This document shows, in pieces, positions 50,409-60,818 of a DNA stretch of 64,000 bases. Made by a program: the position numbers and the translations under genes. Within the stretch, counting starts at the first letter, position 1. Each line of letters begins with the position of its first letter. The stretch is from Chloroflexota bacterium (lineage in GTDB: Bacteria; Chloroflexota; UBA11872). Location: NCBI GenBank assembly GCA_965198185.1, contig CBDAOU010000001.1:302013-366012 (forward strand). Direction: 5' to 3'. The notes beneath the pieces were generated by a model. The model was not told where the DNA came from. It did no database searches and was given only the letters and a program-made list of their open reading frames with translations.

Positions 50409-52046
50409 ATGCCTGGCAATCCCAAAGAGCTCCGATTCAGCGCCGAGGCCCGCGGCGCCTTGCTGTACGGCGTGGACGCGGTCGCCAACGCGGTGCGCGT
50501 CACCCTAGGCCCCCGGGGGCGCAATGTGGCGCTCGGCCGCAATTTCGGGGCCCCCGTGGTCACGAACGACGGCGTGACGGTCGCCCGAGACATCGAGCTC
50601 GGAAGCAACTTCGCAAACATGGGCACGCAGCTCATCAAAGAGGCGGCCAGCAAGACCAACGACGTCGCGGGCGACGGCACGACAACCGCCACGGTCTTGG
50701 CGCAGGCCATGATTCACGGCGGCTTGCGGGCGATCGCGGCCGACATGAACCCGATGATTCTCAAGCGCGGGATCCAGAAGGCGCTCAAGGCGGCTGACGA
50801 CGCGATCAGCGAGCAATCGCGCGAGGTCGACGAGCCGCGACAGATGGAATGGGTCGCGACGATCTCTTCGGGCGACCCTGAAGTTGGCCGAATGATCGCC
50901 GAGTCGCTGGACCGCGCGGGCAAGAACGGCGCGGTTTCGGTCGAGGAAGGCCGCACGAACGCGCTGGAACTCGAGCTGGTGGACGGCATGCAGCTCGACC
51001 GCGGCTACATCTCGCCTTACCTGATCAGCAACACCGACCGCATGTCGGCAGAGCTTGAAGACGCCAGCATCTTCGTCACCGACTGGCAGCTCAAGAGCGC
51101 GCAAGACCTCTTGCCGTTCCTGGAGCGCCTGGTGCAGGGCGGACATCGCAACATGCTGATCATTGCCGACGATGTTGAGGGCGACATGCTGGCGACGCTG
51201 GTCGTCAACAAGGCCCGCGGCATCCTCAACTCGATCGCGATCAAGGCGCCGGCCTACGGCGACCGGCGGAAGGCGATGCTTGAGGACATCGCGATCTTGA
51301 CCAAGTCCACGGTGGTGGCGCGCGACCTCGGGGGTGACCTCAAGGACACCCAACTGTCCGTGCTGGGCAAGGCTCGCCGCGTGATGGTGACCAAGGACGA
51401 GACCACCATCGTCGAAGGCGCCGGGTCGACGCGCGACATCAACGCCCGCATCGAGCAGATCCGTGCGGAGATGGACAACACCGATTCGGCCTACGACCGC
51501 GAGAAGCTCCAGGAGCGCGCGGCCAAGCTGGCCGGCGGTGTGGCGGTGCTGCGCGTGGGCGCCCCAACCGAGGTGGAGCTGAAGGAGAAGAAGCACCGCG
51601 TCGAAGATGCCCTGTCGGCGACCCAGGCCGCGGTGGACGAGGGCATCGTGCCCGGTGCCGGGACGGCGTATCTCCGCGCGATGGCCGCCGTGGACCAGGT
51701 GCACAAGGAGCTTTCCGGCGACGAGGCGATTGGGGCCCGGATCGTGCGCGACGCGCTGCCGATTCCCCTGCGTCAGATTGCCGTCAACGCCGGCGAGACG
51801 GGCGATGTCATCGTCCAGCGCGTCGCCGACGCCGAAGGCCCGATGGGCTACAACGGCGCGGATGGGCAGATCGCCGATCTCACCGAGGTTGGCGTGGTCG
51901 ATCCGACGAAGGTCGTCCGAGCCGCGCTGCAAAACGCCGGCAGCGTCGCGGTGATGATTCTTTCCACGGAGACGCTCATCGCGGACCTGCCGCCGAAGAA
52001 GAAGGCGTCGCCGATTCCGCCCAGTGACGACCTCGGCATGATGTAG
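50409..52046 (+). CDS. groEL: chaperonin GroEL (divergent paralog, no adjacent groES)
   Basis: 545 aa with GroEL conservation throughout ([28 protein letters not shown]). AGGAGG RBS. C-terminus ends ...DDLGMM rather than a long GGM repeat. Confidence 0.9.
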   Translation: MPGNPKELRFSAEARGALLYGVDAVANAVRVTLGPRGRNVALGRNFGAPVVTNDGVTVARDIELGSNFANMGTQLIKEAASKTNDVAGDGTTTATVLAQAMIHGGLRAIAADMNPMILKRGIQKALKAADDAISEQSREVDEPRQMEWVATISSGDPEVGRMIAESLDRAGKNGAVSVEEGRTNALELELVDGMQLDRGYISPYLISNTDRMSAELEDASIFVTDWQLKSAQDLLPFLERLVQGGHRNMLIIADDVEGDMLATLVVNKARGILNSIAIKAPAYGDRRKAMLEDIAILTKSTVVARDLGGDLKDTQLSVLGKARRVMVTKDETTIVEGAGSTRDINARIEQIRAEMDNTDSAYDREKLQERAAKLAGGVAVLRVGAPTEVELKEKKHRVEDALSATQAAVDEGIVPGAGTAYLRAMAAVDQVHKELSGDEAIGARIVRDALPIPLRQIAVNAGETGDVIVQRVADAEGPMGYNGADGQIADLTEVGVVDPTKVVRAALQNAGSVAVMILSTETLIADLPPKKKASPIPPSDDLGMM

Positions 52047-52201
52047 CCGAAGGGCGACTTGCACGATGCCCGGCACATGATGCGCCGGGCATCGTGCGTT
52101 AAGGCACCAACGCAGCTTTGACGAGGCCGGCCCGGAGCCCGGCCCGGCGCGGCGCTGGGGAGCCTCCGAAGCAGCAACGGAGATTTCCGGCCTCCACAGC
52201 G

Positions 52202-52288
52202 CCCAATCCGTTCGATAACCCTTCACACAGGCTCAGAGCCTGCCCTGAGTTCACCGAAGGGCGAACGGATTGGGGCTGGGGTTTTTTT
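52202..52288 (+). terminator. long stem-loop (13+6 bp outer stem with internal hairpins) followed by a U7 tract
   Basis: cccaatccgttcg...cccttc...gaaggg...cgaacggattggg then ggggttttttt, read directly. A second shorter GC hairpin lies at 52061-52097 immediately after the groEL stop. Could be the groEL terminator or the 3' end of a small RNA. Confidence 0.5.
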
Positions 52289-52501
52289 ACGCGTTCGGGC
52301 GTTTTCTTCGTTTTCGAAGTAACGACCCGGTGGCCCAAGCGATCGGCAGCCCGTGGACGCGCGAGTTGCTGCCTGGTTCCAGATATCCCCAATCGCGCTT
52401 GGGCGGTCCCTACATGCAGGCCCTGATGGTGTTTTCCGGAGTGTCCGGGATCGGCTCCGGCATCTTCAGTTCGCGCCAGCGCCGGCGCTTGAGGCGCTGC
52501 T

Positions 52502-52765
52502 TTACGAGACGTCCCCGCGCATTTTGCGCATTCGCTCTATGAGACCACGTCGGCCCCAACCGGTTTGCTTGGGACCCAAAATCTGGCCTAGGGTCGTGCG
52601 AGGGATCGGGCTGTGCTTTTCCGGAATCGTGGTTCGACGGTAGGTATCGCCCTGCCCAGTGGTAAATAACCGTCCGTGAGGGCTCTGTCGTTCGGTCCAC
52701 CCCTCATGTCGGAGAATATCCATCAACTCTCTTGGCGATATCGTGAGCCGCCCACCTGATCCCAC
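52502..52765 (-). CDS. hicA: HicA-like toxin (YcfA/HicA family mRNA interferase)
   Basis: 87 aa; ISPRELMDILRHEGWTERQSPHGRLFTT...RTTIPEKHSPIPRTTLGQIL follows the HicA pattern. Confidence 0.5.
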   Translation of the reverse strand: MGSGGRLTISPRELMDILRHEGWTERQSPHGRLFTTGQGDTYRRTTIPEKHSPIPRTTLGQILGPKQTGWGRRGLIERMRKMRGDVS

Positions 52766-52780
52766 GTCCGCGCAGCGACC

Positions 52781-53203
52781 TTAGGCGACAGCCGGAGCCA
52801 ACGACAGTTGATACTGCGGCAGCCACGGCGGCAACGTTTCCGATGACACCGGTTCAAGCGCCGGCAACCGAGACTGCTGTACATCGCGCAGACAGTCGAG
52901 CACCATTTCCGGCAGCGGGAGAACCTCGATACCGCAGGACGCGAAGACGTTGGCGCGCTCACCATCGGCCTCAACGGAGTTGAGTTCAAATAGCACAAGT
53001 TCCTTGAGCTCGTGTGATACCTGGTCGAGATCGTCCCCGTACGTCGACGTGCCGAACTCCTCGCACACGCCTACCCAGACCGCGTCTTCGCAGGTGTACG
53101 TCATACGCAGCGCAATCAACACCGGCGGATCAATTTCGGCATTAAAGTAGAACTCGATCGAGCACCTCCGGGTGTCATCCATGGTCTCAACCTCCCTCCT
53201 CAC
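52781..53203 (-). CDS. hicB: HicB-like antitoxin (UPF0150 N-domain)
   Basis: YTCEDAVWVGVCEEFGTSTYGDDLDQVSHELKELVLFEL resembles the HicB/UPF0150 fold. 15-nt spacing to hicA. Real start may be the Met at 53182. Confidence 0.45.
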   Translation of the reverse strand: MRREVETMDDTRRCSIEFYFNAEIDPPVLIALRMTYTCEDAVWVGVCEEFGTSTYGDDLDQVSHELKELVLFELNSVEADGERANVFASCGIEVLPLPEMVLDCLRDVQQSRLPALEPVSSETLPPWLPQYQLSLAPAVA

Positions 53204-53527
53204 TTTCGTTCCTCGCCAGCAGTCTCGGAGTATACAAATCGGTCAATGTGACAACCGCAAGGGAAATTGCCATCCATTTCGCCGATTCGAATACGCTGGC
53301 TTACCTTCCGTTAGGTTGGCGTAGGCCAGCCACTCGCCCACAGTCCCACGCGCCATCGCCTGCATCTGGTCCAACGTATCAAGCGACGGTCGACCGGCAG
53401 CACGTGGACGTGTCCGTGCTACGCGGGGAGCACCGACGCTGTCAGTCCGATCAGCGCGAGGCCTCCCGGGCACAACCAGTAACCCCAACCACCCCCACGC
53501 CGTCTACACGACTCATGGGACGTGCCG

Positions 53528-54640
53528 TTAGGCCAGGAAGTCCTTCAGGCGGCGGGCCAGGCGCGGATGGCGGAGCTTGCGCAGCGCCTGCGATTCGATC
53601 TGGCGGATGCGCTCGCGCGTCAAGCCGAACTCCTGGCCGACCTGATCGAGGGTGCGCGGCGTGTCGTCGTCGAGGCCGTACCGCAGACGCAGAATCTTCT
53701 GCTCGCGCGGATCGAGCATTTCCATCACGTTGTCGAGCTGCTCGGTCAGCAACTGCCGCGTGGCGGCCTCCATGGGCTCCACCGCGTCGTCGTCGGGGAT
53801 GAGGTGCCCAATTTCGGTGTCGCCGTCCTCGCCGATCGGGGTTTCCAGCGAGATGGGCAACCTGGCCGCCTGCTTGAGCTCGCCGATCTGATCCTCCGAC
53901 ATCTCCATTTCACCGGCGATCTCGTCGTCGGTCGGCTCGCGGCCAAGGCGAAGCTGAAGGTCCCGCTGTACGCGATAGGACTTGGTGAGCTTCTCGTGCA
54001 CGTGGACGGGCAGCCGGATGGTCCGGCTCTGCTCGGCGATGGCGCGGGTAACGGCCTGCCGGATCCACCACGTGGCGTAGGTGCTGAATTTGTAGCCGCG
54101 CCGCCAGTCGAACTTCTCGGCCGCGCGCATCAGCCCGGCGTTGCCTTCCTGGATAAGGTCTAGCAACGGGATGCCGTGCCCGGTGTATTTCTTGGCCACG
54201 CTCACGACGAGGCGGAGGTTGGCCGTGATGAGGTGCTCGCGCGCACTTTCGTCACCACGCTCGATCCGCTGCGCGAGGTCAACTTCCTCCTTGGCGGTGA
54301 GCAGCAGGATGCGGCCGATCTCATTGAGGTAGCTGCGGACGGTGTCTTGGCTTGCCGATTCAAGCTCGAATTGCTCTTCGCGCTGGCTGCGGGCGGTGGT
54401 GATCGGCGCCGGCTCTTCGGTGCGCTCCTCGGGCCGCTCATCCCGGAGCTCGATTTCTTCCTCGACGAGCCGCTGGCGGAACCACTGCACAATCTCGTCG
54501 GGGATCTGCGTGGCGTCCGGCAGCACCCGGTTGATGGCGTCGCGGTAGATGAATCCGGGCTCGGCGCCGAGCGCCACCAGCTCGGCCAGCCCGTTTTCGA
54601 GAGTTTCTTCGTCAAGTACGAGAGCGACTTCAAGCGTCAA
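53528..54640 (-). CDS. rpoD: RNA polymerase sigma-70 factor (principal sigma, compact form)
   Basis: Region 1.2 through 4.2 present ([18 protein letters not shown]; [22 protein letters not shown]; region 4 HTH). Confidence 0.9.
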   Translation of the reverse strand: MTLEVALVLDEETLENGLAELVALGAEPGFIYRDAINRVLPDATQIPDEIVQWFRQRLVEEEIELRDERPEERTEEPAPITTARSQREEQFELESASQDTVRSYLNEIGRILLLTAKEEVDLAQRIERGDESAREHLITANLRLVVSVAKKYTGHGIPLLDLIQEGNAGLMRAAEKFDWRRGYKFSTYATWWIRQAVTRAIAEQSRTIRLPVHVHEKLTKSYRVQRDLQLRLGREPTDDEIAGEMEMSEDQIGELKQAARLPISLETPIGEDGDTEIGHLIPDDDAVEPMEAATRQLLTEQLDNVMEMLDPREQKILRLRYGLDDDTPRTLDQVGQEFGLTRERIRQIESQALRKLRHPRLARRLKDFLA

Positions 54641-54966
54641 CGACAGCCCACCTTTGTTCTCATCGGTGCGTCAGCCCCCACCCTGCGCTGACGGCTCCGG
54701 CCCCAGGCTGGCGCGCCGCACCAGCGCATGGGAATCGCGGAAGCTGCGTCTGCCGATCCAGAGTGAAGGGGTCAGATTATGACTCGGGCGTTCGCCCGCG
54801 AGGTCCGGTCGAGGCGTGAACGCAGCAGCCTCATTCAGCGCACGGGTACCAATCTCCACGTAATTGTATACGCCCGCGCCAGCCATGCGTAAGTAAGGTT
54901 TGGGAAAATGGCTTCGTCGTTGCACGGCGCGGGAGCGCGCCTCTATGCTTTACGGTCGGCAGTCGG

Positions 54967-55428
54967 TTGCCGACCAATCTCCGAGGCACTCACATTCCGA
55001 TTCCCGCGCGGCGCGCCGTGTTTCCGCTGCTGCTGGTCGCGGCATTCCTCTTCGCGGCCTGCGACCAAGGGCTGGCGTATGTCGTGGCCGAGAATCCGCC
55101 GCCCGATTTATTGTTCGCGCCGACCACGGAATGCCTAGAGCCGTCATGCCAGGTGATCGACGTCACGGTGACCGACTTCAAGATCGTGCCGGCGACCATG
55201 TCGACGAGCGCGTCACGGGTTCGCTTCCGCATCACGAATGAGGGCACGTTTACGCACGCGCTGGAGCTTGCTGTCGATCGTGATCCCGTCACGTCGCCGA
55301 ACATCGGTGCGGGGCAGACGGGATATCTCGACGTTGACGTCCTGCCGGGCACGCATACGCTGACGTGCCCCATCACGGGCCATGCGGTGCGGGGACAGCG
55401 GGCGACGCTTGAGGTGAGCGGCCGGTAG
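54967..55428 (+). CDS. cupredoxin-domain (blue copper) lipoprotein
   Basis: Lipobox-like LLVAAFLFAAC. C-terminal HTLTCPITGH..., a type-1 copper Cys-x2-His ligand arrangement. Confidence 0.6.
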   Translation: MPTNLRGTHIPIPARRAVFPLLLVAAFLFAACDQGLAYVVAENPPPDLLFAPTTECLEPSCQVIDVTVTDFKIVPATMSTSASRVRFRITNEGTFTHALELAVDRDPVTSPNIGAGQTGYLDVDVLPGTHTLTCPITGHAVRGQRATLEVSGR

Positions 55429-55514
55429 GGCCGAGCCTGGCGCCCTGGCGCGGGCGGGGCGGATGGGGAATCCCACGCTGCGCGCAGGCCACTGCACGTC
55501 GAAGGTCCGTTCAT

Positions 55515-55539
55515 GGTTCGACAGGCTCACCACGAACGG
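55515..55539 (+). repeat. 25-bp dispersed repeat copy 2, within a hairpin-rich intergenic element (55440-55660)
   Basis: ggttcgacaggctcaccacgaacgg. Flanked by two copies of ggggaatcccacgctgcgcgcag (55455, 55613), the second forming a perfect palindrome cccacgctgcgc/gcgcagcgtggg. Confidence 0.8.
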
Positions 55540-55664
55540 ACTTCGCGGGTTTCTGAGACCGGCTCATGCGGGGCGCCCCGATTTGGGCTTCGGGATCACT
55601 CGTGCGGGAAGGTCGGGGAATCCCACGCTGCGCGCAGCGTGGGCCACCGGACAGGGTCGGAGTG

Positions 55665-56444
55665 CTAGAGCGGCGGACCGGGCGACGCGGGGTGGGCGTC
55701 GGGCCGCTGGTTGAGCCAGCGAATGAACTTGACGCTGAGGATGGTCCAGAGCACCAGCGTGCCGCCCAGCTTCATGATGAGACCGCCGATGCGCTGGTCG
55801 ACGAGCGCCTCGGCCCCGCGCGCAAGCTCGTAGGTGGGGTACAGCGGGTCGTTGGCAAACACGAAGATGGCGCTGAAGAATCCCGACGGGATGGACAACA
55901 GCAGCAGGTAAAGCACCTGCATGGGCGGCACGGCCGGCGGCACGGCGCGCACCCGGCTGAGAACCGGCCACCACATGACGAGACCTCCGGCGACCATCGT
56001 GAGGTGCTCGAAATCGTGGGCGATGCGGTCCTGCAGCGCCGCCTCGTAGAGCGGCGGCATGTGCCAGATCCAGAAGGCGGCGGTGCTGAGCCCCAGCGCC
56101 ACCGGCAATCGGGTCAGCTGCTGCGCGACGAACCGCACGGCGCGCACGCGGAAGACGGGCGCCAGCAGCCAGTCCGGGAGCCCAATGAGCAAGAGGGGCG
56201 TGGCCGCAAACGCCAGCAAGCTGTGCTGCAGCATGTGGACGCTGAAATGCGTTTCCGCGAGCGTGTCGAACGGCGGGTGCAGCGTCACGAACAGCGTGAC
56301 CGTCGCGGTCACGAATGCGGCGATCCTGGGCCAAGACACCCGCTCCACCCGGTCCGGGTTCAGCGGGCTCACGGCATAGAGATAACCGCCCGTGAGCACC
56401 AGCAGGCCTAGGGTGATCTCTGGGATCAGATAGAACGTCATCAA
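55665..56444 (-). CDS. ctaG: caa3-type cytochrome c oxidase assembly factor CtaG
   Basis: 259-aa polytopic membrane protein with HMLQH and WHMPP motifs typical of Bacillus-type CtaG. Confidence 0.65.
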   Translation of the reverse strand: MMTFYLIPEITLGLLVLTGGYLYAVSPLNPDRVERVSWPRIAAFVTATVTLFVTLHPPFDTLAETHFSVHMLQHSLLAFAATPLLLIGLPDWLLAPVFRVRAVRFVAQQLTRLPVALGLSTAAFWIWHMPPLYEAALQDRIAHDFEHLTMVAGGLVMWWPVLSRVRAVPPAVPPMQVLYLLLLSIPSGFFSAIFVFANDPLYPTYELARGAEALVDQRIGGLIMKLGGTLVLWTILSVKFIRWLNQRPDAHPASPGPPL

Positions 56445-56499
56445 CTCAATCTATCAACGGCGCGGCGGCAGCGCGCTTTGGCGTCGGGCGGGAGGATCT

Positions 56500-56844
56500 C
56501 TAGGCAATCAGGCCGGTTAGCGTCCAGAACAGGAACAGAATGACCACGATGGTGCTCGCGATCATGAACGGGAACATGAAGAGCGCCGTGAAGAGCCGGT
56601 CGTCCTGCCGCAGGTGCATGTAGTACATGACCACGCCGGCGCCCTTGATGAACGACAAGATGAGCAACGACGCGGTCGTCCACACGGTGCCCAGGGTATT
56701 ACGAATGGCGTCGACGCTGGGAATCATGATCTCGACGATGGTGATGACCGTGAGAATGACGCCGACCACCACGTAGTGGACGTAGCCGTGGTGCTCCTCG
56801 TGCTCCTCGGTGGAGTGGGCGTCCGGGTGATGCTCGGTGGTCAT
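56500..56844 (-). CDS. ctaF: cytochrome c oxidase subunit IV (CtaF)
   Basis: 114 aa, His-rich N-terminus and three TM helices. Position directly after ctaE. Confidence 0.7.
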   Translation of the reverse strand: MTTEHHPDAHSTEEHEEHHGYVHYVVVGVILTVITIVEIMIPSVDAIRNTLGTVWTTASLLILSFIKGAGVVMYYMHLRQDDRLFTALFMFPFMIASTIVVILFLFWTLTGLIA

Positions 56845-56860
56845 GGCTGCGGCATGCCGT

Positions 56861-57478
56861 CTAGATCAGGTAGATCAAGGTGAAGATGGCCACCCACACC
56901 AAGTCCACGAAGTGCCAGTACAGCCCGACCATCTCGACACCCCAGGTGTCGGTCGTCTGATACCTGCCGCGATAGGAATAGAACACCACGGCGAACAGCC
57001 AGAACAGGCCGATGGCGACGTGCGCGCCGTGGAAGCCAACCAACATGTAGAAGGACGCGGCGAACAGATTGGTGGACGGCGTCAGCCCCTCGCGCACGAA
57101 CGAGGTGAACTCGTAGACCTGGCCGCCGAGGAAGATGGCCCCGAACCCGGCCACGACCAGCAGCCAGAAGCGTCCCCAGTTCAGGCTGCGATTCCGAAAC
57201 GCGGCCAGCGCGAGGACCATCGCCAGACTGCTGGTCAGCAGCACGAAGGTGGTGAACGACGTGAGCACGAGGTCCAGCATTCCCTGACCGGCCTCGAACG
57301 TGTGATCCCCGTGACCAAGCATGACCCCCAAGGTGTTGTGCTTGTTGATCAGCATGACCAGGATCAGGCTGCCGAAGAACATCGTCTCGGAGCCCAGGAA
57401 GGCCCACATGGCGACCTTCCGGCTATCGAGTCCAGTCGAGGTGGGGTGCTCTTCGTGCGCGTGAGCTTCGGCGGTCAT
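56861..57478 (-). CDS. ctaE: cytochrome c oxidase subunit III
   Basis: 205 aa from MTAEAHAHEEHP. Subunit III conservation (MWAFLGSETMFFG; HGAHVAIG). Start overlaps the ctaD stop (ATGA). Confidence 0.85.
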   Translation of the reverse strand: MTAEAHAHEEHPTSTGLDSRKVAMWAFLGSETMFFGSLILVMLINKHNTLGVMLGHGDHTFEAGQGMLDLVLTSFTTFVLLTSSLAMVLALAAFRNRSLNWGRFWLLVVAGFGAIFLGGQVYEFTSFVREGLTPSTNLFAASFYMLVGFHGAHVAIGLFWLFAVVFYSYRGRYQTTDTWGVEMVGLYWHFVDLVWVAIFTLIYLI

Positions 57479-59313
57479 CCGGGCGGTTCCTCGAGCCAGC
57501 CGATGAGGGAGATGCCGAAGAGCAAGGCGCCGACCAAGAGGAACACCTGGTGGAAGATCAGCCCGCAGGCGGTGATGACCATGCCGGCCGCCATCACTAT
57601 GGGCCAATAGGACGGGTTGGGCATGTGGATATGCGGCTCTTCGTCCTCGTGCGCCGTCTCGGCCGCGGGAGGCTCGGCCACCACCGCACCGGTGTGGCCG
57701 CCGCCGTGCTTCTCTGCCCAAACGGGGTAGCGGTTGTCGACCACCGGCACCTCGGCGAAGTTGTAGACCGGCGGCGGCGACGACATCGACCATTCGAGCG
57801 TGCCGCCGTCCCACGGGTCCGGTCCGGCCTCACGCCCGCTGCGCAACGAGCGAATGGCGTTCACGGCGAAGATGAAGATCGATAGCGCGATGACCCACGC
57901 GCCCACGGTCGACATCAGGTTCCACACATCCCAACCCATGTCGGCGCCGTAGGTGTGGATTCGGCGGGGCATGCCATCGATGCCCAACTGGTGCTGGGGC
58001 CCGAAGGCGAGGTTGAACCCGATCAGCATCAGCCAGAAGTGGACCTTGCCCCAGCCATCGCTCAGCATGCGGCCGGTCAGCTTGGGGAACCAGTAGTAGA
58101 TGCCGGCGAAGAGTCCGAACACCGTGCCGCCGAACAGCACGTAGTGCAGGTGGGCCACGACGTAGTAGGTGTCCTGCACCTGGGTGTCCACCGGCGGCGA
58201 GCCGAGACTGACGCCGGTGAGGCCGCCGACGATGAACATGGCGATGAAGCCGATGGCGAACAGCATCGGCGACCGCAGGCTGATCGAGCCGCCCCAGAGC
58301 GTGGCAATCCAGTTGAAGATCTTGACGCCCGTCGGGACGGCCACCGCCATCGTGGAGATCGCGAAGGCGGTATCGGCTACAGGTCCGAGGCCGACCGTGA
58401 ACATATGGTGCGTCCACACGCCAAAGCCCACCAGCGCGATGGCCGCCCCCGAGTAGGCCACCACCGCGTAGCCGAACAGGGGCTTCCGAGAGAACGTGGG
58501 CAAGACGTCGGACACGATCCCCATGGCCGGCAGGATCAGGATGTAGACCTCGGGATGGCCGAACACCCAGAACAGGTGCTGCCACAGCACCGGGTCGCCG
58601 CCGCCTTGGTAGAGGAAGAAGCTGGTTCCCAGATAGCGGTCGAACAGCACCAGCACCAGGCCGATGGTGATGACGGGAAAGGCGAAGATGATCAGGAACC
58701 CGGTGATGAGGGTCATCCAGACGAACATGGGCATGCGGTTGAACGTCATGCCGGGCGCCCGCAGGTTGATGATGGTGACGATGAAGTTGATGGAGGCTAA
58801 GATCGACGAGACGCCGAGAATCTGCAGCCCGAGCGCCCAGAAGTCGATCGCGTGCGTGTCGGCGAACTCGAGGGCGGTTAGCGGCGCGTAGCCGAACCAG
58901 CCCGCCGCCGGGGCGCCGCCCGCGATGAAGCTGATGTTCAAGAAGATGCCGCCGAACAAATAGACCCAATAGCTGAGCGCGTTGAGCCGTGGGAAGGCCA
59001 CGTCGCGCGCGCCGATCATGAGCGGCACCAAGAGGTTGAAGAACGCCGCCGAGAGGGGCATGAGCGCCAGAAAGACCATGGTGGTGCCGTGCATGGTGAA
59101 GAGCTCGGCGAAGCGATCGGGATCGACGAGTCCGAGCTCCGGCCGCGAGAGCTGCAACCGAATGAGCAGCGCTTCCACGCCGCCCAGCCCCAAGAACGAC
59201 AATGAGGTCACGAAATACAGCACGGCGATGCGCTTGTGATCGATCGTGGTGATCCAACTCCACGCCGTGCCGGCGTAGGTGTTGGGTCGAACGCTGATCG
59301 TTGTCGTGGCCAT
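57475..59313 (-). CDS. ctaD: cytochrome c oxidase subunit I
   Basis: 612 aa from MATTTISV. Heme-copper oxidase signatures (GHPEVYILILP; HHMF). Confidence 0.95.
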   Translation of the reverse strand: MATTTISVRPNTYAGTAWSWITTIDHKRIAVLYFVTSLSFLGLGGVEALLIRLQLSRPELGLVDPDRFAELFTMHGTTMVFLALMPLSAAFFNLLVPLMIGARDVAFPRLNALSYWVYLFGGIFLNISFIAGGAPAAGWFGYAPLTALEFADTHAIDFWALGLQILGVSSILASINFIVTIINLRAPGMTFNRMPMFVWMTLITGFLIIFAFPVITIGLVLVLFDRYLGTSFFLYQGGGDPVLWQHLFWVFGHPEVYILILPAMGIVSDVLPTFSRKPLFGYAVVAYSGAAIALVGFGVWTHHMFTVGLGPVADTAFAISTMAVAVPTGVKIFNWIATLWGGSISLRSPMLFAIGFIAMFIVGGLTGVSLGSPPVDTQVQDTYYVVAHLHYVLFGGTVFGLFAGIYYWFPKLTGRMLSDGWGKVHFWLMLIGFNLAFGPQHQLGIDGMPRRIHTYGADMGWDVWNLMSTVGAWVIALSIFIFAVNAIRSLRSGREAGPDPWDGGTLEWSMSSPPPVYNFAEVPVVDNRYPVWAEKHGGGHTGAVVAEPPAAETAHEDEEPHIHMPNPSYWPIVMAAGMVITACGLIFHQVFLLVGALLFGISLIGWLEEPPG

Positions 59314-59359
59314 CAGGAATTGCTCCGCGAGGCCGCCGTCGCGACTTGGCCGCACCGTA

Positions 59360-60358
59360 TCACTTGAGACCCATCAGATATTCCGTGAGCGCCTCGATTT
59401 CGTCCTCGGTCAGCGGGCGCGGCAGCACCATCAGATTGCCGGGCTTCATGCCCTTTGGATCGCGGAGCCAGTGCTCCAGGCTTGAGCTCGACATGTCCAT
59501 CAGGTTGCCGGCAATGTGCCCGCGGCTTCCGACGTGCGTGAGGTCCGGCCCGATGGTGCCGATCTCGGTGACTCCCCGGATCGTGTGGCACAGGGCGCAC
59601 CCGGCGGGCGTCAGTAGGGCCTCGCCGGCCTGCGCCAACTCGGTGGTCGGAGGAATGCGGTCGGTGAGTTGTTGGGCCGCCCATGCATCGAATTCTTCAG
59701 GCTCTTCCACCACCGCCGTGAAACGCATCAGCGCGTGGGCGGTGCCGCAGAACTCGGCGCACTGGCCCAGGAACGTGCCGGTCTGTTCCGGCAGGATCCG
59801 GAACACGCTGGTGCGGCCGGGAACCATATCCAGCTTGCCGCGCAACGCCGGCACCCAGAAGCTGTGCAGGACATCCTCGCTCTTGAGGATGATGGCGGCG
59901 GGCTTGCCAACCGGCAGGTGAAGTTCGTTCGCGGTCACGACGCCCAGATCCGGATAGCGGAACTCGAACCACCACTGATGCCCGATCGCTTCCACCCGCA
60001 GGGCATCGTCCTCGGGCTCCTGGGCGTTGGCGAAGATCACCGGCACCGTCAGCGCCGCCAGGAGGACGACCAGGATGGTGGGCGCAATCGTCCACCCGAT
60101 CTCAAGCTTGAGGTTGCCGTGGGTCTGGGCCGGCAGGGTATCGCCGCGCCTGCGGCGATAGCGGACGATCGTGTAGAGCAGCGCGCCCTCGACGATGACG
60201 AACACGGCCAGACCCGCCCAAAACACCACCATGAACAGCCAGTGCGAGGCGCGGGCGGCCTCGGTGGTGGGCTCGAGGATGGTCTGTGGCGTCACACCGC
60301 AGGCGGCCACCGCGAGGGCGGCAAGCACAAGGGCCGCGCCAAGGCTGGCCCGCCGCAT
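59360..60358 (-). CDS. ctaC: cytochrome c oxidase subunit II with C-terminal cytochrome c domain (caa3 type)
   Basis: CuA motif CAEFCGTAHALM and heme c site CALCH. Lipoprotein-like signal from MRRASLGAALVLAALAVAAC. Longer N-terminus in the ORF track is unlikely. Confidence 0.85.
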   Translation of the reverse strand: MRRASLGAALVLAALAVAACGVTPQTILEPTTEAARASHWLFMVVFWAGLAVFVIVEGALLYTIVRYRRRRGDTLPAQTHGNLKLEIGWTIAPTILVVLLAALTVPVIFANAQEPEDDALRVEAIGHQWWFEFRYPDLGVVTANELHLPVGKPAAIILKSEDVLHSFWVPALRGKLDMVPGRTSVFRILPEQTGTFLGQCAEFCGTAHALMRFTAVVEEPEEFDAWAAQQLTDRIPPTTELAQAGEALLTPAGCALCHTIRGVTEIGTIGPDLTHVGSRGHIAGNLMDMSSSSLEHWLRDPKGMKPGNLMVLPRPLTEDEIEALTEYLMGLK

Positions 60359-60818
60359 GACCCGCAGCGCCGGCCAAGTGGCGCCGCGCCTTAGGTGCAT
60401 GCCATGCATCAGGGCGCGCATGACGCGCACCGGTTCGTCAAATCGCAGTTGTGCGTGAGGTGAAGAGGCTCGCGGACGCGCCAGATTACCATGAGGGCGG
60501 CGGTGGCTCGGTCCGGGGGCTAACCGCTGCCCGAGGGCGCCGCGGCCCGGCCGGGACTGCCGCGGCCCATCGGTTCTTGACATCGAATTTCGCGCGGTGC
60601 TAGCGTGACTTCAGCCGCCCGCATTCTTGACGGCGGGCGCCCCGGCAACGAACCGGGTCCGTGATTTCAAATCGTTCGCAACGGTTCGTTGTGCGTCTTG
60701 GACCTCGTAGGTACCCCATGCGCGAGCTATATCACCGGCCTTTGCCACCATCCCAGGAGTCACGTGCGTCCCGTACGCGTGTGATCCCGGCTCGCCGCGC
60801 GGCGTTGGGGAGGAACTG

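Noticed and set aside
60584-60818. Possible leader attenuator upstream of rho
   Set aside because: A long leader is expected for rho, but I saw no convincing rut-like C-rich, G-poor tract or terminator hairpin by inspection.
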